A stretch of 64,000 nt of DNA from a virus (Duplodnaviria > Caudoviricetes). The stretch is taken from IMG/VR virus record IMGVR_UViG_3300020375_000001, positions 32,001 to 96,000 of that record. One strand, written 5' to 3'. Of the stretch, positions 9,952-19,020 are shown piece after piece. The position numbers were made by a program, and so were the translations under genes. The number at the start of each line of letters is the position of its first letter. Position 1 is the stretch's first letter. The notes under the pieces were generated by a model that had not been told where the DNA came from, did not search any database, and was given only the letters and a program-made list of their open reading frames with translations.

Positions 9952-11733
9952 ATGAGCAAATTACCTAAAGGCGTTAAAGGCTACGAATGTAAGCACGCTT
10001 TCTACACCGAAGCATCTGACCGCTCAGGTGATGACCTAATATTAGTAAAACGTAACGTCCACAAAGAAGACGGTACAGTAATCCCAGAAGTAAACTTTGT
10101 TGAAAACTACGAGCGTGAGTTCTGGGTAGTAAACGAAGCACATCGAACGTATGAAGAAAAGAAAGCTTGGGAAGACATGTTTAAGTGTCGCCGTTACAAG
10201 TGTCGCCAGACTGAACTGACTAACCGCGTACTTCGAGCATTGGGGCGTAACCCTAGTGGATGGACACAACAATCAATCGCTTTCCGTTCGCCATATGTCT
10301 ACGGTGCAGATATCAGTACCAGCGCACTTATCAAACGTGCTTACATGGATAACTTCCCTGAACTGACTCGTGAGTCTACTGTGGGGGTAATGGATATCGA
10401 GACTGACGTTGTTAATGGCGACGGCAGTACAATCATCTCAGCATCGTTCACGTACCAAAACAACATCTACATTGCTTACACTGAAGACTTTGCAGGTAAG
10501 CTATCTGATTACGCCAAGAAGTTACAGGACAAATACGAATACTACATTGGTGGTATTGCAGATGACCTAGATGCTTTACTGGCGGGTGATACGCTAAACG
10601 GTAAGCGTCGTCAGGTATTGGAGCGGGCAGCAGCGACATTGCGTGAGCGCTCTAAGGTACAAATCAATTCTAAGCTCGTGGCGAGTCCTGCGTTGGTTAC
10701 CGACTACGTCTTCCGTGCAGCCCACGAACACAAGCCAGACTTCGTTGCCTTCTGGAACATGAACTTCGATTTACCCAAAATGATTGCTTCTCTTGAGAAT
10801 GCTAACATTGACCCGAAAGATGTATTCTGTGAGCCAACCTTACCTGAACGTTACAAGAAGTTTAAGTATGTTCCCGGTAAAGCCATTAAGCAGATTGCTG
10901 GTGGACGGACAATGTCAAAACACCCTGCTGACCTATGGCATAAAGTCTACGCGCCGTCGTCCTTCTACCTCATCGACGCCATGTGTGTCTTTAAACAGGT
11001 AAGGGTAACTGAAGGTAACCGTAATAGTTATTCGTTAGATGCAATCCTGACGGACGAGTTGAATCTTGGTAAGTTGAAGTTTAAAGAAGCTGACCACTTA
11101 ACCGGGCTAGACTGGCACGTCTACATGCAGACTAACCACAAAATTGAATACCTCATCTATAACATCTTCGACTGTATGTCGATTGAAATCTTGGATGATA
11201 AGAATAAAGATTTGGCCCTTACGGTCCCAACTCTTTGTCAGCATTCGGACTATTACAACTTTACCAGTACACCGCGTCGTCTGTGCGATGACATGCACTT
11301 CTATCTGAAGAAACACAAGAAGGTTATCTCTACTACCTCTGACGATATGGCGGAGAGCTTGGATAAACACGTTGTAGGCTCGAACGATTGGATTGTAACA
11401 CTACCCAGTCATTTGGTTGACGACAACGGTTTACAGTTGTTAGAAGAAGCACCGCACATTCGCTCAATGTTACGTGTACACGTAGCTGACTTAGACGTAG
11501 CGTCCAGTTATCCTAACACAGGTTCGTTCATGAACATGAGTATGGAAACAACGGTTCGTGAGTTAGTTGGGGTGGGGGATATCAGTGAGTACGATAAACG
11601 TATGTCTGGTCTGAACCTAACGGCAGCGCGTACTAATGCAGTAGAATGCTCTGGTACATTCTTTGGCTTTCCATCAATGGACAAGGTATTAACTGAGTTC
11701 CGACGTCAGCGCGAAGCTGGCGAATTGGATTAA
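9952..11733 (+). CDS. Split family-B DNA polymerase, exonuclease + motif A subunit (phiKZ gp82-like)
   Basis: ExoI DIETD, ExoII WNMNFD, ExoIII YNIFD; polymerase motif A DLDVASSYPN near C-terminus; lacks motifs B and C. Confidence 0.85.
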   Translation: MSKLPKGVKGYECKHAFYTEASDRSGDDLILVKRNVHKEDGTVIPEVNFVENYEREFWVVNEAHRTYEEKKAWEDMFKCRRYKCRQTELTNRVLRALGRNPSGWTQQSIAFRSPYVYGADISTSALIKRAYMDNFPELTRESTVGVMDIETDVVNGDGSTIISASFTYQNNIYIAYTEDFAGKLSDYAKKLQDKYEYYIGGIADDLDALLAGDTLNGKRRQVLERAAATLRERSKVQINSKLVASPALVTDYVFRAAHEHKPDFVAFWNMNFDLPKMIASLENANIDPKDVFCEPTLPERYKKFKYVPGKAIKQIAGGRTMSKHPADLWHKVYAPSSFYLIDAMCVFKQVRVTEGNRNSYSLDAILTDELNLGKLKFKEADHLTGLDWHVYMQTNHKIEYLIYNIFDCMSIEILDDKNKDLALTVPTLCQHSDYYNFTSTPRRLCDDMHFYLKKHKKVISTTSDDMAESLDKHVVGSNDWIVTLPSHLVDDNGLQLLEEAPHIRSMLRVHVADLDVASSYPNTGSFMNMSMETTVRELVGVGDISEYDKRMSGLNLTAARTNAVECSGTFFGFPSMDKVLTEFRRQREAGELD

Positions 11734-11736
11734 AGC

Positions 11737-11778
11737 AAAAAAAAAATAAGTCGGGGCGCAATGCCCCGCTTATGCCGT
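11737..11778. terminator. Bidirectional terminator
   Basis: CGGGGC-gcaat-GCCCCG hairpin; long A-run on left (minus-strand U-tract), TTATGCCGT on right. Confidence 0.75.
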
Positions 11779-11782
11779 ATGG

Positions 11783-12178
11783 CTATAGTTCAATTAGTTC
11801 ACAGTACCCAGTACTGGCACTAATAAAGAACTTACCAACAACCACATCGGCTACTAATACATTAAACACATCGCCGTCGATATCCATCCCCATTCTATTA
11901 CTAGAGATGGTTGCAGTTAACACGTTATAAATAACACGGACACCACTCTCAGTAATGCCGTCAGATGTAATACAGAGGTCAGGTAGCGTAATGCTTAACT
12001 TAGGTCCATCTTTACCATCACCCTTAGTTAGGATAACGGTATCCACATTCTCCCCCCATTTACGCTCTCTACTACTGCGGGTACTGTAAAAGCTATCCCG
12101 TTTAGAGATATCCCAAACCAACTTGAAGCGTTTCCAAAAACTCATCTTGCCGTATCGGCGAAGTCTTGTAATATTCAT
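11783..12178 (-). CDS. Hypothetical protein
   Basis: 131-aa ORF with AAGGA upstream. Confidence 0.6.
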   Translation of the reverse strand: MNITRLRRYGKMSFWKRFKLVWDISKRDSFYSTRSSRERKWGENVDTVILTKGDGKDGPKLSITLPDLCITSDGITESGVRVIYNVLTATISSNRMGMDIDGDVFNVLVADVVVGKFFISASTGYCELIEL

Positions 12179-12238
12179 TTCGTCTTTCCTTTTATTTACG
12201 ACGGCATAGACAGGGACAACTGCCCCTGTCGAATTTAG

Positions 12239-12607
12239 TTAAGCAACTGGTTCTTCTGGTGGTGGCTCAGGTACGGTTATCGTACCGCCACTGATGTCGT
12301 AGTATGTATAGCTATCCACGCCACAGCGCTGATAGTATTTACCACCATACTCAACTACCATTGAACCTTCTTCTTCCTGCAACGTGGTCCCTAAATCGCC
12401 CTGATTGTCCGCCTGAACAGCGAACCCTTCATCATGGATTAGTTCATCCGGTACAGCGTAGATGGTCTCAGAGCCTTCTACAGTGGCGTACAGGACACCT
12501 TCAAGAACCCCACGGAACACCATTGGGCGTTCGGTGTTTACAAAAACGTTAACGTCCCGTGCTGGTAGTAGGTCAGTTATTTCTGAATCGGTTATAAGTT
12601 CAAGCAT
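12239..12607 (-). CDS. Acidic hypothetical protein
   Basis: ORF with Pro/Glu tail; start at ATG 12607. Confidence 0.6.
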   Translation of the reverse strand: MLELITDSEITDLLPARDVNVFVNTERPMVFRGVLEGVLYATVEGSETIYAVPDELIHDEGFAVQADNQGDLGTTLQEEEGSMVVEYGGKYYQRCGVDSYTYYDISGGTITVPEPPPEEPVA

Positions 12608-12669
12608 GGTAAATCCCCCATAAAAAAGTAAAGTGGTCATAAGAGAGGGCTTTTGCCCTCCCCACCTTA

Positions 12670-13626
12670 TTAGATTATAAGTTGTTGACCGACATGTATC
12701 TTCGAGGGGTCAGCGATTTTATTCTTAGCAACCAAATGGTCCACCGTAGTACTTAGACGTTTAGCGATAGCGTACAGGGTATCTCCTTTGTTAATGGTGT
12801 ACACTGATTCACTGACGTTTAAAAACTCACCGTACTTTAGGTTGGTGGTACTATGGCCGTTAGCAAGCTGAATAATTCTTAGCCCGTTTACTCTCATGAA
12901 GTAACTTGTGGGTAAGTTGTACTTTTCAGCTATTTGCCAGATTGTATCGCCTTTCCGGACATAATATCGAGTACCGTTATAGTACCCGATAATGTCTTCA
13001 ACGTATTCAATGGTCTCTTCGAAGTTAGGTGTCATATACACCTTGCCGACTTTACGCAAACGGTTAGGTCCAGCATTGTAAGCAGCTAATACTATCCGTA
13101 GTGTATATTCGGTAAACTCCACCAGAGGCTTCTTGAACAGCCGTTGATGTAGGTGTTCCAAATAACGAGCAGCCGCATCCGCTGACTCGTAGTTATCCAT
13201 TACGTTCTCTACCTCTAATAAAGCAGCGGTCCGTGGACGGATTTGAAACATACCTTGTGCCCCTGCATGTGACACACGTGTATTGTCTTGGTGAGTCTCC
13301 TTAAAACTCATCCCCATCAATACTTTTCCAGGAAGACCGTAAACATAGCCAATGGCATCCAGTTCATCAATGGTTGGAATATCATCGGGTTGCTTACCAA
13401 AAGCGGCGGCATTTATCTTTACGGGTTCTTCTACTATTGGTTCTTCCTCCACAACGGGTAGAGGCTCGGTTTGTTTAACTACTACCTTAACCGTAGCGGG
13501 TGCGGTAGCAGCAACAATTTCTTTTTGTTCCGTCTCGTGTACGTAATCAGCCACCATCCACGTTGCCATTACAGCGATGATGATAGTTGCGCTAAATGCG
13601 TAACGAGTTAAATGTTTCTTCAACAT
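12670..13626 (-). CDS. Lytic transglycosylase (SLT) with N-terminal membrane anchor and two C-terminal LysM domains
   Basis: Catalytic ET (FKETH), GAQGMFQI, AAYNAG, ETIEYV; LysM YYVRKGDTIWQIA and YTINKGDTLYAIA; hydrophobic residues near N-terminus. Confidence 0.9.
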   Translation of the reverse strand: MLKKHLTRYAFSATIIIAVMATWMVADYVHETEQKEIVAATAPATVKVVVKQTEPLPVVEEEPIVEEPVKINAAAFGKQPDDIPTIDELDAIGYVYGLPGKVLMGMSFKETHQDNTRVSHAGAQGMFQIRPRTAALLEVENVMDNYESADAAARYLEHLHQRLFKKPLVEFTEYTLRIVLAAYNAGPNRLRKVGKVYMTPNFEETIEYVEDIIGYYNGTRYYVRKGDTIWQIAEKYNLPTSYFMRVNGLRIIQLANGHSTTNLKYGEFLNVSESVYTINKGDTLYAIAKRLSTTVDHLVAKNKIADPSKIHVGQQLII

Positions 13627-13630
13627 GGTT

Positions 13631-13864
13631 TTATCTCCGAAGGTATTTGTAGGAACCACTAACGTTACTCAGGATACCAACGATGTCACCGGATACCGAT
13701 ACCGACATTATAGGTCCTAGAGTTGTGGTATCAAACAGCTCCAAGACTGCATCTATCCCACCTTGGGTTAATGTATTACCTTTAAACTGGTCGGGGTTAA
13801 GCTCCGTGGTTTTAAAGCCACCTAGACCAGGTATTGCGGGGTTATGTATTTTAACCTTATTCAT
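13631..13864 (-). CDS. Hypothetical protein
   Basis: 77-aa ORF with GGAG upstream. Confidence 0.55.
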   Translation of the reverse strand: MNKVKIHNPAIPGLGGFKTTELNPDQFKGNTLTQGGIDAVLELFDTTTLGPIMSVSVSGDIVGILSNVSGSYKYLRR

Positions 13865-13875
13865 TAGAGTATCTC

Positions 13876-14133
13876 CTATACTAAACCGTACAGCACTGTC
13901 AGTTTAGAAGACAGTTCTTTTGCTTCGGTATTACGGTACTTCTTCAGGTGGTTAATCACTTGGTTCATTTTGTTCTTTAACTCACCACGAGTCTTAGAAC
14001 TTGCAATCCACTTGATAAAACCAACCATCTTAGCAGCCGTAGCAGATGCCAAAAGGTTCTCCTTATTTTCACTCTTAATTACAAGAGCTTGGTACAAGTT
14101 ATAGATTTGTGCTTTTAATGTTGCGTTCATCAC
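13876..14133 (-). CDS. Small basic hypothetical protein
   Basis: 85-aa ORF, AGGA upstream, early-type promoter at 14201. Confidence 0.6.
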   Translation of the reverse strand: MMNATLKAQIYNLYQALVIKSENKENLLASATAAKMVGFIKWIASSKTRGELKNKMNQVINHLKKYRNTEAKELSSKLTVLYGLV

Positions 14134-14200
14134 GATTTCCTTTTATTTAATCGCTTATAGAATTAAAGGGTTAAGTATCTTTAGATACGTTATCACCAAT

Positions 14201-14213
14201 GTAATATGTATCT
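14201..14213 (-). promoter_or_regulatory. Early-type promoter (AGATACATATTAC)
   Basis: Resembles phiKZ early consensus TATATTAC; variant at 14814-14826. Confidence 0.6.
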
Positions 14214-14338
14214 ATTGTTTTCTGGGAACGACAAAAAAAGAAGGGGCACTAGGCCCCTTCTGATATCCACATTTGGACAGTCTTCGTAGGTTCCAGAGAG
14301 AAACACACCCTACATACTATTGCCTAAAAAACAGGCAA

Positions 14339-14764
14339 TTAACATGGGTCAATTTCAAACACCGTTACTGAAGTGATGTAGTTCAACCGGTTTATGGAAC
14401 TATAGGTGAATGACTCTTTGGCGCTACTAGGCAAGGCAAGCGCCTTAGTATTGAAGATGTCCCTGCACTGACTATATTTCTCAATGTTACGCATGGTGGT
14501 AACTAAGATATGATAATCACCCGTATCAACTTTTAGCTCAACAACCCGCTTATTGGGTTCCTGAATTCTGCTTAGTATAATGGGCTCGAGTTCTGTCTTC
14601 ACTACCCGCTCAAGAATATCGTAGTCAATACCCTTAGCCTTACCATCTTCCCACTTGACAAAATCGGGCCACTTCTCTTTAAACTCAAGTGTTTCCACCG
14701 GGGCAAACTCGTGAGAGATAGAACCATCTGGTTTAGATACGTTAACAACTTTGATACTGTACAT
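14339..14764 (-). CDS. Hypothetical protein
   Basis: 141-aa ORF, GGAAGG upstream, early-type motif at 14814. Confidence 0.6.
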   Translation of the reverse strand: MYSIKVVNVSKPDGSISHEFAPVETLEFKEKWPDFVKWEDGKAKGIDYDILERVVKTELEPIILSRIQEPNKRVVELKVDTGDYHILVTTMRNIEKYSQCRDIFNTKALALPSSAKESFTYSSINRLNYITSVTVFEIDPC

Positions 14765-14857
14765 GTTACCTTCCTTTCATTTAGTAATTGTTTAAATGCA
14801 CTCTCGCATCAAAATAATATGTGTCTGTTTAATATTTGGCTTTAAGAGAAATTAATA

Positions 14858-15019
14858 ATGTTTAAGAAATTCCTGCTTCACGCTTTCCGTACCGTAGCCC
14901 TCTCCACCGTTGCCATTGCCGTGGCAATGTTAATCAACGCATACATTGTTGACGAACGCGTTAAAGGTGACATGATTGATACGTGGTCGGATGGTAAGAC
15001 GCATGTAAGATATGCATAG
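14858..15019 (+). CDS. Small membrane protein (53 aa, not in ORF track)
   Basis: Hand translation MFKKFLLHAFRTVALSTVAIAVAMLINAYIVDE...; ends directly at a terminator hairpin. Confidence 0.55.
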   Translation: MFKKFLLHAFRTVALSTVAIAVAMLINAYIVDERVKGDMIDTWSDGKTHVRYA

Positions 15020-15062
15020 ACGACATAAGGGAGGAGCTTTCGCCCCTCCCTCGTTTATGCCG
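15019..15062. terminator. Bidirectional hairpin with TTATGYCG on both exits
   Basis: GGGAGG...CCTCCC (15029-15050); TTTATGCCG on + side, CTTATGTCGTC on - side. Confidence 0.7.
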
Positions 15063-15063
15063 C

Positions 15064-15744
15064 TTACTTATAGAAAGCGCGGATTTTCTGCTCAACGTCA
15101 GCAGTGAAGTTCTTAGAGAACGCACTGAAGTCGATTGCTTTAAGAGCAGAGGCACGGTTCTGCGGGTCAGCGGTTGAAGTCATCAAAACCACGATGTTTT
15201 CAAAACGCTGGCGAGCAGCAGGTGGAATACGCATTTCGTTCATGCCACGGAAAACCATGTTGTCAGTGAACGTACCAGAGTACTCGTTCATGATTTCCAG
15301 GGCTTGACCGTAAGCTTCAACAAACGCAGCGCCTTCCAAGTTGTTCAGGATGGCCATGATTGCCTGATAGAACTGCATCTGACTACGCAGGATTGTCGGG
15401 CGGTCATTTGGCGTGTTGGGAGCCATGCGCTTCGCATACTCAAGGATGGTTACACAGTTCAGGTTCATTACTTTACCTTCTTCTGTTTCAACCACAGCCG
15501 CATCACCTTCGTCAGCTTTACCGGCACCAGGCTGTTCAACAACAGTGTTCTCTTCAACGGCACTACCGGCAGCCAAGTCATCGTCTGATGGCGTGGTTTC
15601 AGCAGTTTGCGTTTCAGTGGTTTCTACTGTAGCTTCAACGGTTTGTTCTTCAGTAGACTGAACTTCAGTCTGTTGGGTTTCTTCAACCGCTTGAGTTTCA
15701 GTAGTCTGTGTCTCAGTCGGTTGTGGGTTACGACGTTTTCCCAT
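15064..15744 (-). CDS. Conserved hypothetical protein with acidic T/E/Q-rich disordered N-terminus
   Basis: Start moved to ATG 15744 (GGAG upstream); low-complexity N-terminal ~85 aa. Confidence 0.7.
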   Translation of the reverse strand: MGKRRNPQPTETQTTETQAVEETQQTEVQSTEEQTVEATVETTETQTAETTPSDDDLAAGSAVEENTVVEQPGAGKADEGDAAVVETEEGKVMNLNCVTILEYAKRMAPNTPNDRPTILRSQMQFYQAIMAILNNLEGAAFVEAYGQALEIMNEYSGTFTDNMVFRGMNEMRIPPAARQRFENIVVLMTSTADPQNRASALKAIDFSAFSKNFTADVEQKIRAFYK

Positions 15745-15761
15745 TTCTGGATTCTCCAAAA

Positions 15762-16148
15762 TTAAGGTTTGTGTTCGTCAAGCTCATCCATGGCGTTTTC
15801 AATAGAGGCACTTCTTTCTTTCGCAATCTCAAGGGCAACAGTCATAATGTGTTCACCAATGTCACGAGGAAGCTCTAAAAAATCCGTCAAAGACAAACCA
15901 AACGTTTTAGCGATGTTACGCTTACCAAACTTGCGTATGGCATCATACAGTAAGCTATTAGCATTAGTCTCTTCTGCAGGATTCATCTTCACGTAGTCTA
16001 AACCAGTTACACTACCTTCGTAATCCCTGATGCCGTAATCAGTATCGTAAGCTTCGACTTGCAAGATTTTTGCGAGCGGAGTGGATATCTTCTCTTGCGT
16101 CTCAAAGAGGGAGGCGAGCTCTCGCCCGTACTCCTTCTTATCATCCAA
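15762..16148 (-). CDS. Tail-assembly-chaperone C-terminal-like ORF (T4 gp51-like); probably expressed as a -1 frameshift extension
   Basis: FGLSLTDFLELP motif; TTG start without a clear RBS; frame stays open upstream through the T7 run at 16214-16220. Confidence 0.55.
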   Translation of the reverse strand: MDDKKEYGRELASLFETQEKISTPLAKILQVEAYDTDYGIRDYEGSVTGLDYVKMNPAEETNANSLLYDAIRKFGKRNIAKTFGLSLTDFLELPRDIGEHIMTVALEIAKERSASIENAMDELDEHKP

Positions 16149-16165
16149 TCCAAAACGACCGTCTA

Positions 16166-17620
16166 CTACAGGGGTCGTGTTACTGTCGCTTGGATTCTCT
16201 GCCCGCAGAGGGTAAAAAAAGTGGTTGTCATGTCAAGAGGAATAAACTCAGGGACAGCCTCACTTCTAACTATTTCATCCGGCTCGCCATCTTTACCTTC
16301 TTTCACTGAGTCACCGTAGCGCAAACCACACGCTGGGCATTCAGTGTTAGGGTAACCAATGATAGCAATGGTGGTGTCTTCAATGTATTCACCGATACTG
16401 TTCATGATAGAAGTACGAATAGTATCATCGGTGGAAAACTCAGAACACACTGTGTCAATGGTATCACGGTCTTCAATGATGTCCTGCTCATCACCGTCAG
16501 TAATGTACAGTTTACCAATCCAGTGTGAGTATTGACGCAATGTAGCGAGACGACCCTGGTCGGTGATGTACTGGTCACGCTCACTACCTTTTAAAGGAAT
16601 GCGGAACGCTTTGTCTACCATGTTAACAGTAGAGTCAACCCAGTTAAATCCAACCTGTTCATACTCAGCAATGCTCGGTACCGACATGTCCATGGTAAAG
16701 CCTTCGGCTCCTTTGATGGGGACATTGCGAGTTTGAAAGTCAAACTCTTCCTGATACGCTTTTAGCTCATCAGCCGTATGTGCACCATTGCGCTTGGACA
16801 TGTGCTTCATTTGCTTTTCACTTAGCTTGGACGTATCGATGACACGTAAGCGAGCAATATTGACACGACCTTCAGACACGTGATTACACTTGGTGATTTG
16901 TGCCACACAAGGTTCACGTAAATCGTAACCGTCAGGATACATTGCACAGACCATACCCCACACCATACTTGGTAGGTCGGTAGTCAGGATAATCTTCTTC
17001 AGTTCTTCAGGGTCTTTCGTCCCAAAGGTAGTATCGTACACATGAGCCAGAACAAAGTTCATCAGATAGCTCTGAATGTAGATAGTGGTATTTGAGAAAA
17101 CCATGCCGTTAGTGATACGGCCCAGGGTGATTTTCTCAGCAGCGATACGGCGATTCAGTTCAAGGATAGCAGCATTGCTTGGAGCCTTGATGGTAATCCA
17201 GCCACCGGTATGCCAAAGAGGGATAGGTACAATTGAACCTAAGCCCAGACGAGCTTTAACCTTGAGTACCGCAGCTTCGCCGCTAGTAACGCCACTGGAG
17301 TCACCATGACGTAAACGGTTGGGGGTGATAGGTTTACCATCATAGACCGGACGGTTGCTCCAATCTGCCTCAGGGTCACCTAGGCGACGACGGAAGATAT
17401 CGCCATTGGCAATATGCTCAATTCCATCGCTGATGGCCTGTAACCAGATAGCCGAGTTACTGTTACCACTTTGGATGTTTGGAAGTTTTTGGATGTCCTT
17501 TTGGAAATCCACCGCACTAACATTCAACAAGCTCAAAGCCTCTACATTTTTAGTAGCGGCTCCTTCGGGCTTGGGATGCAGTGTCTTTATCGGCGAGTTA
17601 CTATCGATATTTACTGCCAT
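16166..17620 (-). CDS. Probable tail/baseplate-hub assembly chaperone (T4 gp26-like; phiKZ gp77-like)
   Basis: 484 aa; WITIKAPS segment and C-terminal ECPACG; paired with a gp51-like ORF. Confidence 0.5.
   Translation of the reverse strand: MAVNIDSNSPIKTLHPKPEGAATKNVEALSLLNVSAVDFQKDIQKLPNIQSGNSNSAIWLQAISDGIEHIANGDIFRRRLGDPEADWSNRPVYDGKPITPNRLRHGDSSGVTSGEAAVLKVKARLGLGSIVPIPLWHTGGWITIKAPSNAAILELNRRIAAEKITLGRITNGMVFSNTTIYIQSYLMNFVLAHVYDTTFGTKDPEELKKIILTTDLPSMVWGMVCAMYPDGYDLREPCVAQITKCNHVSEGRVNIARLRVIDTSKLSEKQMKHMSKRNGAHTADELKAYQEEFDFQTRNVPIKGAEGFTMDMSVPSIAEYEQVGFNWVDSTVNMVDKAFRIPLKGSERDQYITDQGRLATLRQYSHWIGKLYITDGDEQDIIEDRDTIDTVCSEFSTDDTIRTSIMNSIGEYIEDTTIAIIGYPNTECPACGLRYGDSVKEGKDGEPDEIVRSEAVPEFIPLDMTTTFFTLCGQRIQATVTRPL
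16214..16220 (-). other. Candidate programmed -1 ribosomal frameshift heptamer U UUU UUU
   Basis: ACT TTT TTT ACC in frame 0; -1 frame is closed by TGA four codons upstream and open to 15762; CTCTG-cggg-CAGAG hairpin 3 nt downstream. Confidence 0.65.
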
Positions 17621-17626
17621 TGTCTA

Positions 17627-18073
17627 CTAATCTCCTGTGCCGCCACACAACTCAGTGATTTCTTCCAGGGTCGGGGCGGTAAGATTGATGAAACGGTCTT
17701 GCCAGTTTTGATAGCGCTGACCAACTTTTACGGTGATGTCCATTACGGTAAGCTCATCCGTGGTGTGTGTAATCTCACGGATGTTTGCATCGCAGGACGC
17801 TACCAGATTATCCAGCTCAATTTTAAGAACCTTTAAATCGTTAGCTAAGGTATTAGCCAGGGCACCTACCTTTGCCTCATCCAGTTGGACGTCTGGATTA
17901 TCTTTAGCTGCTTTAATAAGCACACTAATGTTGGCAGAACTGGCAATTAACTGTAAACAAGCAGCACGAATACCCGCTGCTTCATTAAGGAACTGGTCAC
18001 GACGAGATACACCCGGTGCTATACCTTGCGTCGCTTTTTTACCGTTCTTTCTTTTATTGTTGGATTCGGGCAT
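17627..18073 (-). CDS. Hypothetical helical protein
   Basis: 148 aa, basic N-terminus, AGGAG upstream. Confidence 0.7.
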   Translation of the reverse strand: MPESNNKRKNGKKATQGIAPGVSRRDQFLNEAAGIRAACLQLIASSANISVLIKAAKDNPDVQLDEAKVGALANTLANDLKVLKIELDNLVASCDANIREITHTTDELTVMDITVKVGQRYQNWQDRFINLTAPTLEEITELCGGTGD

Positions 18074-18163
18074 CTATTGCTCCTTTACTATGAATTCAAT
18101 GAAATTAGTTCTCCACATAACTAAATGTGTGTGAGTAAAAAATACCCTAGAGAGGAATTAGTC

Positions 18164-19015
18164 ATGCTTTTAGGCGAGTTGCTTAGAAATAATAACGACC
18201 CAGAAAGGGTCGAAACTACCCGTAAAACTCTCGAACTTTTCATGCGTTTGGATTTTCTTCAGGCTGAAGAAGATTTGGATAAAGTCATTGACGACTTTGG
18301 TAGCAGTTCAGACATCCCTAGCCTACTGGCAGAAGTTAATGCTCGTATGGTAGAGCACCTTGTGTTCATTCTAACCGAGTATGGCATAGTACTTAATCCG
18401 GACCACAACCCGTCACTAACCGAACTATATACATTAGTCAACGGAATTGAAGATTTAACCCATTACGAACAACCCGAAGAGTTGCTGGATGCGTTAGAAA
18501 TTCACGAGGACAGTGTTGAGCGGCTGGTGGAAGCATTATCTTTAGTAGTTAAGGATATGGAGAGCGGAAACGTTTACGACTTCTACAATGTTGTTGAGAG
18601 CGTCAGTGACCGGTTCTGGACAAACCTAACCCTAGTGCTAGATGGCACCAAGGAAGAAATTGTAGACTTTGACCGCCCCGCTATTGATGAACGTATCCCA
18701 CAGGTACAGGGTTTTGTTTGGGAGTGGATTACCAACTCTCGCAGACAGGGCTACAATCTTGAAGCAGCGTACAACTTCCTGTTTGACGAATTTGTGGAAC
18801 GCTTGGGTGAGAGACCAAGTACGGACCTTATAAAGGAAGTGCTACTGGAACTGAAAACCCTGGTTCGATATTCCAGCCATGAGGATGAGTCCAGTGAGTT
18901 TATCATGAAGCTCTTTGAAGAATTTACTACCGACACGGATGTTATAACTACCGCGTCGTTGGTGGTAGCGTACGTAGAGATGCATTATTACGTCCCACCT
19001 AAAGAAGAAGGATAA
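18164..19015 (+). CDS. Acidic conserved hypothetical protein (phiKZ gp79-like)
   Basis: Start moved to ATG 18164 (GAGGA RBS, AAAAAATAC motif upstream). Confidence 0.65.
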   Translation: MLLGELLRNNNDPERVETTRKTLELFMRLDFLQAEEDLDKVIDDFGSSSDIPSLLAEVNARMVEHLVFILTEYGIVLNPDHNPSLTELYTLVNGIEDLTHYEQPEELLDALEIHEDSVERLVEALSLVVKDMESGNVYDFYNVVESVSDRFWTNLTLVLDGTKEEIVDFDRPAIDERIPQVQGFVWEWITNSRRQGYNLEAAYNFLFDEFVERLGERPSTDLIKEVLLELKTLVRYSSHEDESSEFIMKLFEEFTTDTDVITTASLVVAYVEMHYYVPPKEEG

Positions 19016-19020
19016 GGGCA

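Noticed and set aside
14175-14188. Palindrome GTATCT-TT-AGATAC near an early promoter
   Set aside because: Single occurrence that could be chance; no second copy noticed to support an operator
15590-15730. Repetitive T/E/Q-coding stretch
   Set aside because: Protein low complexity only, with no exact DNA tandem repeat
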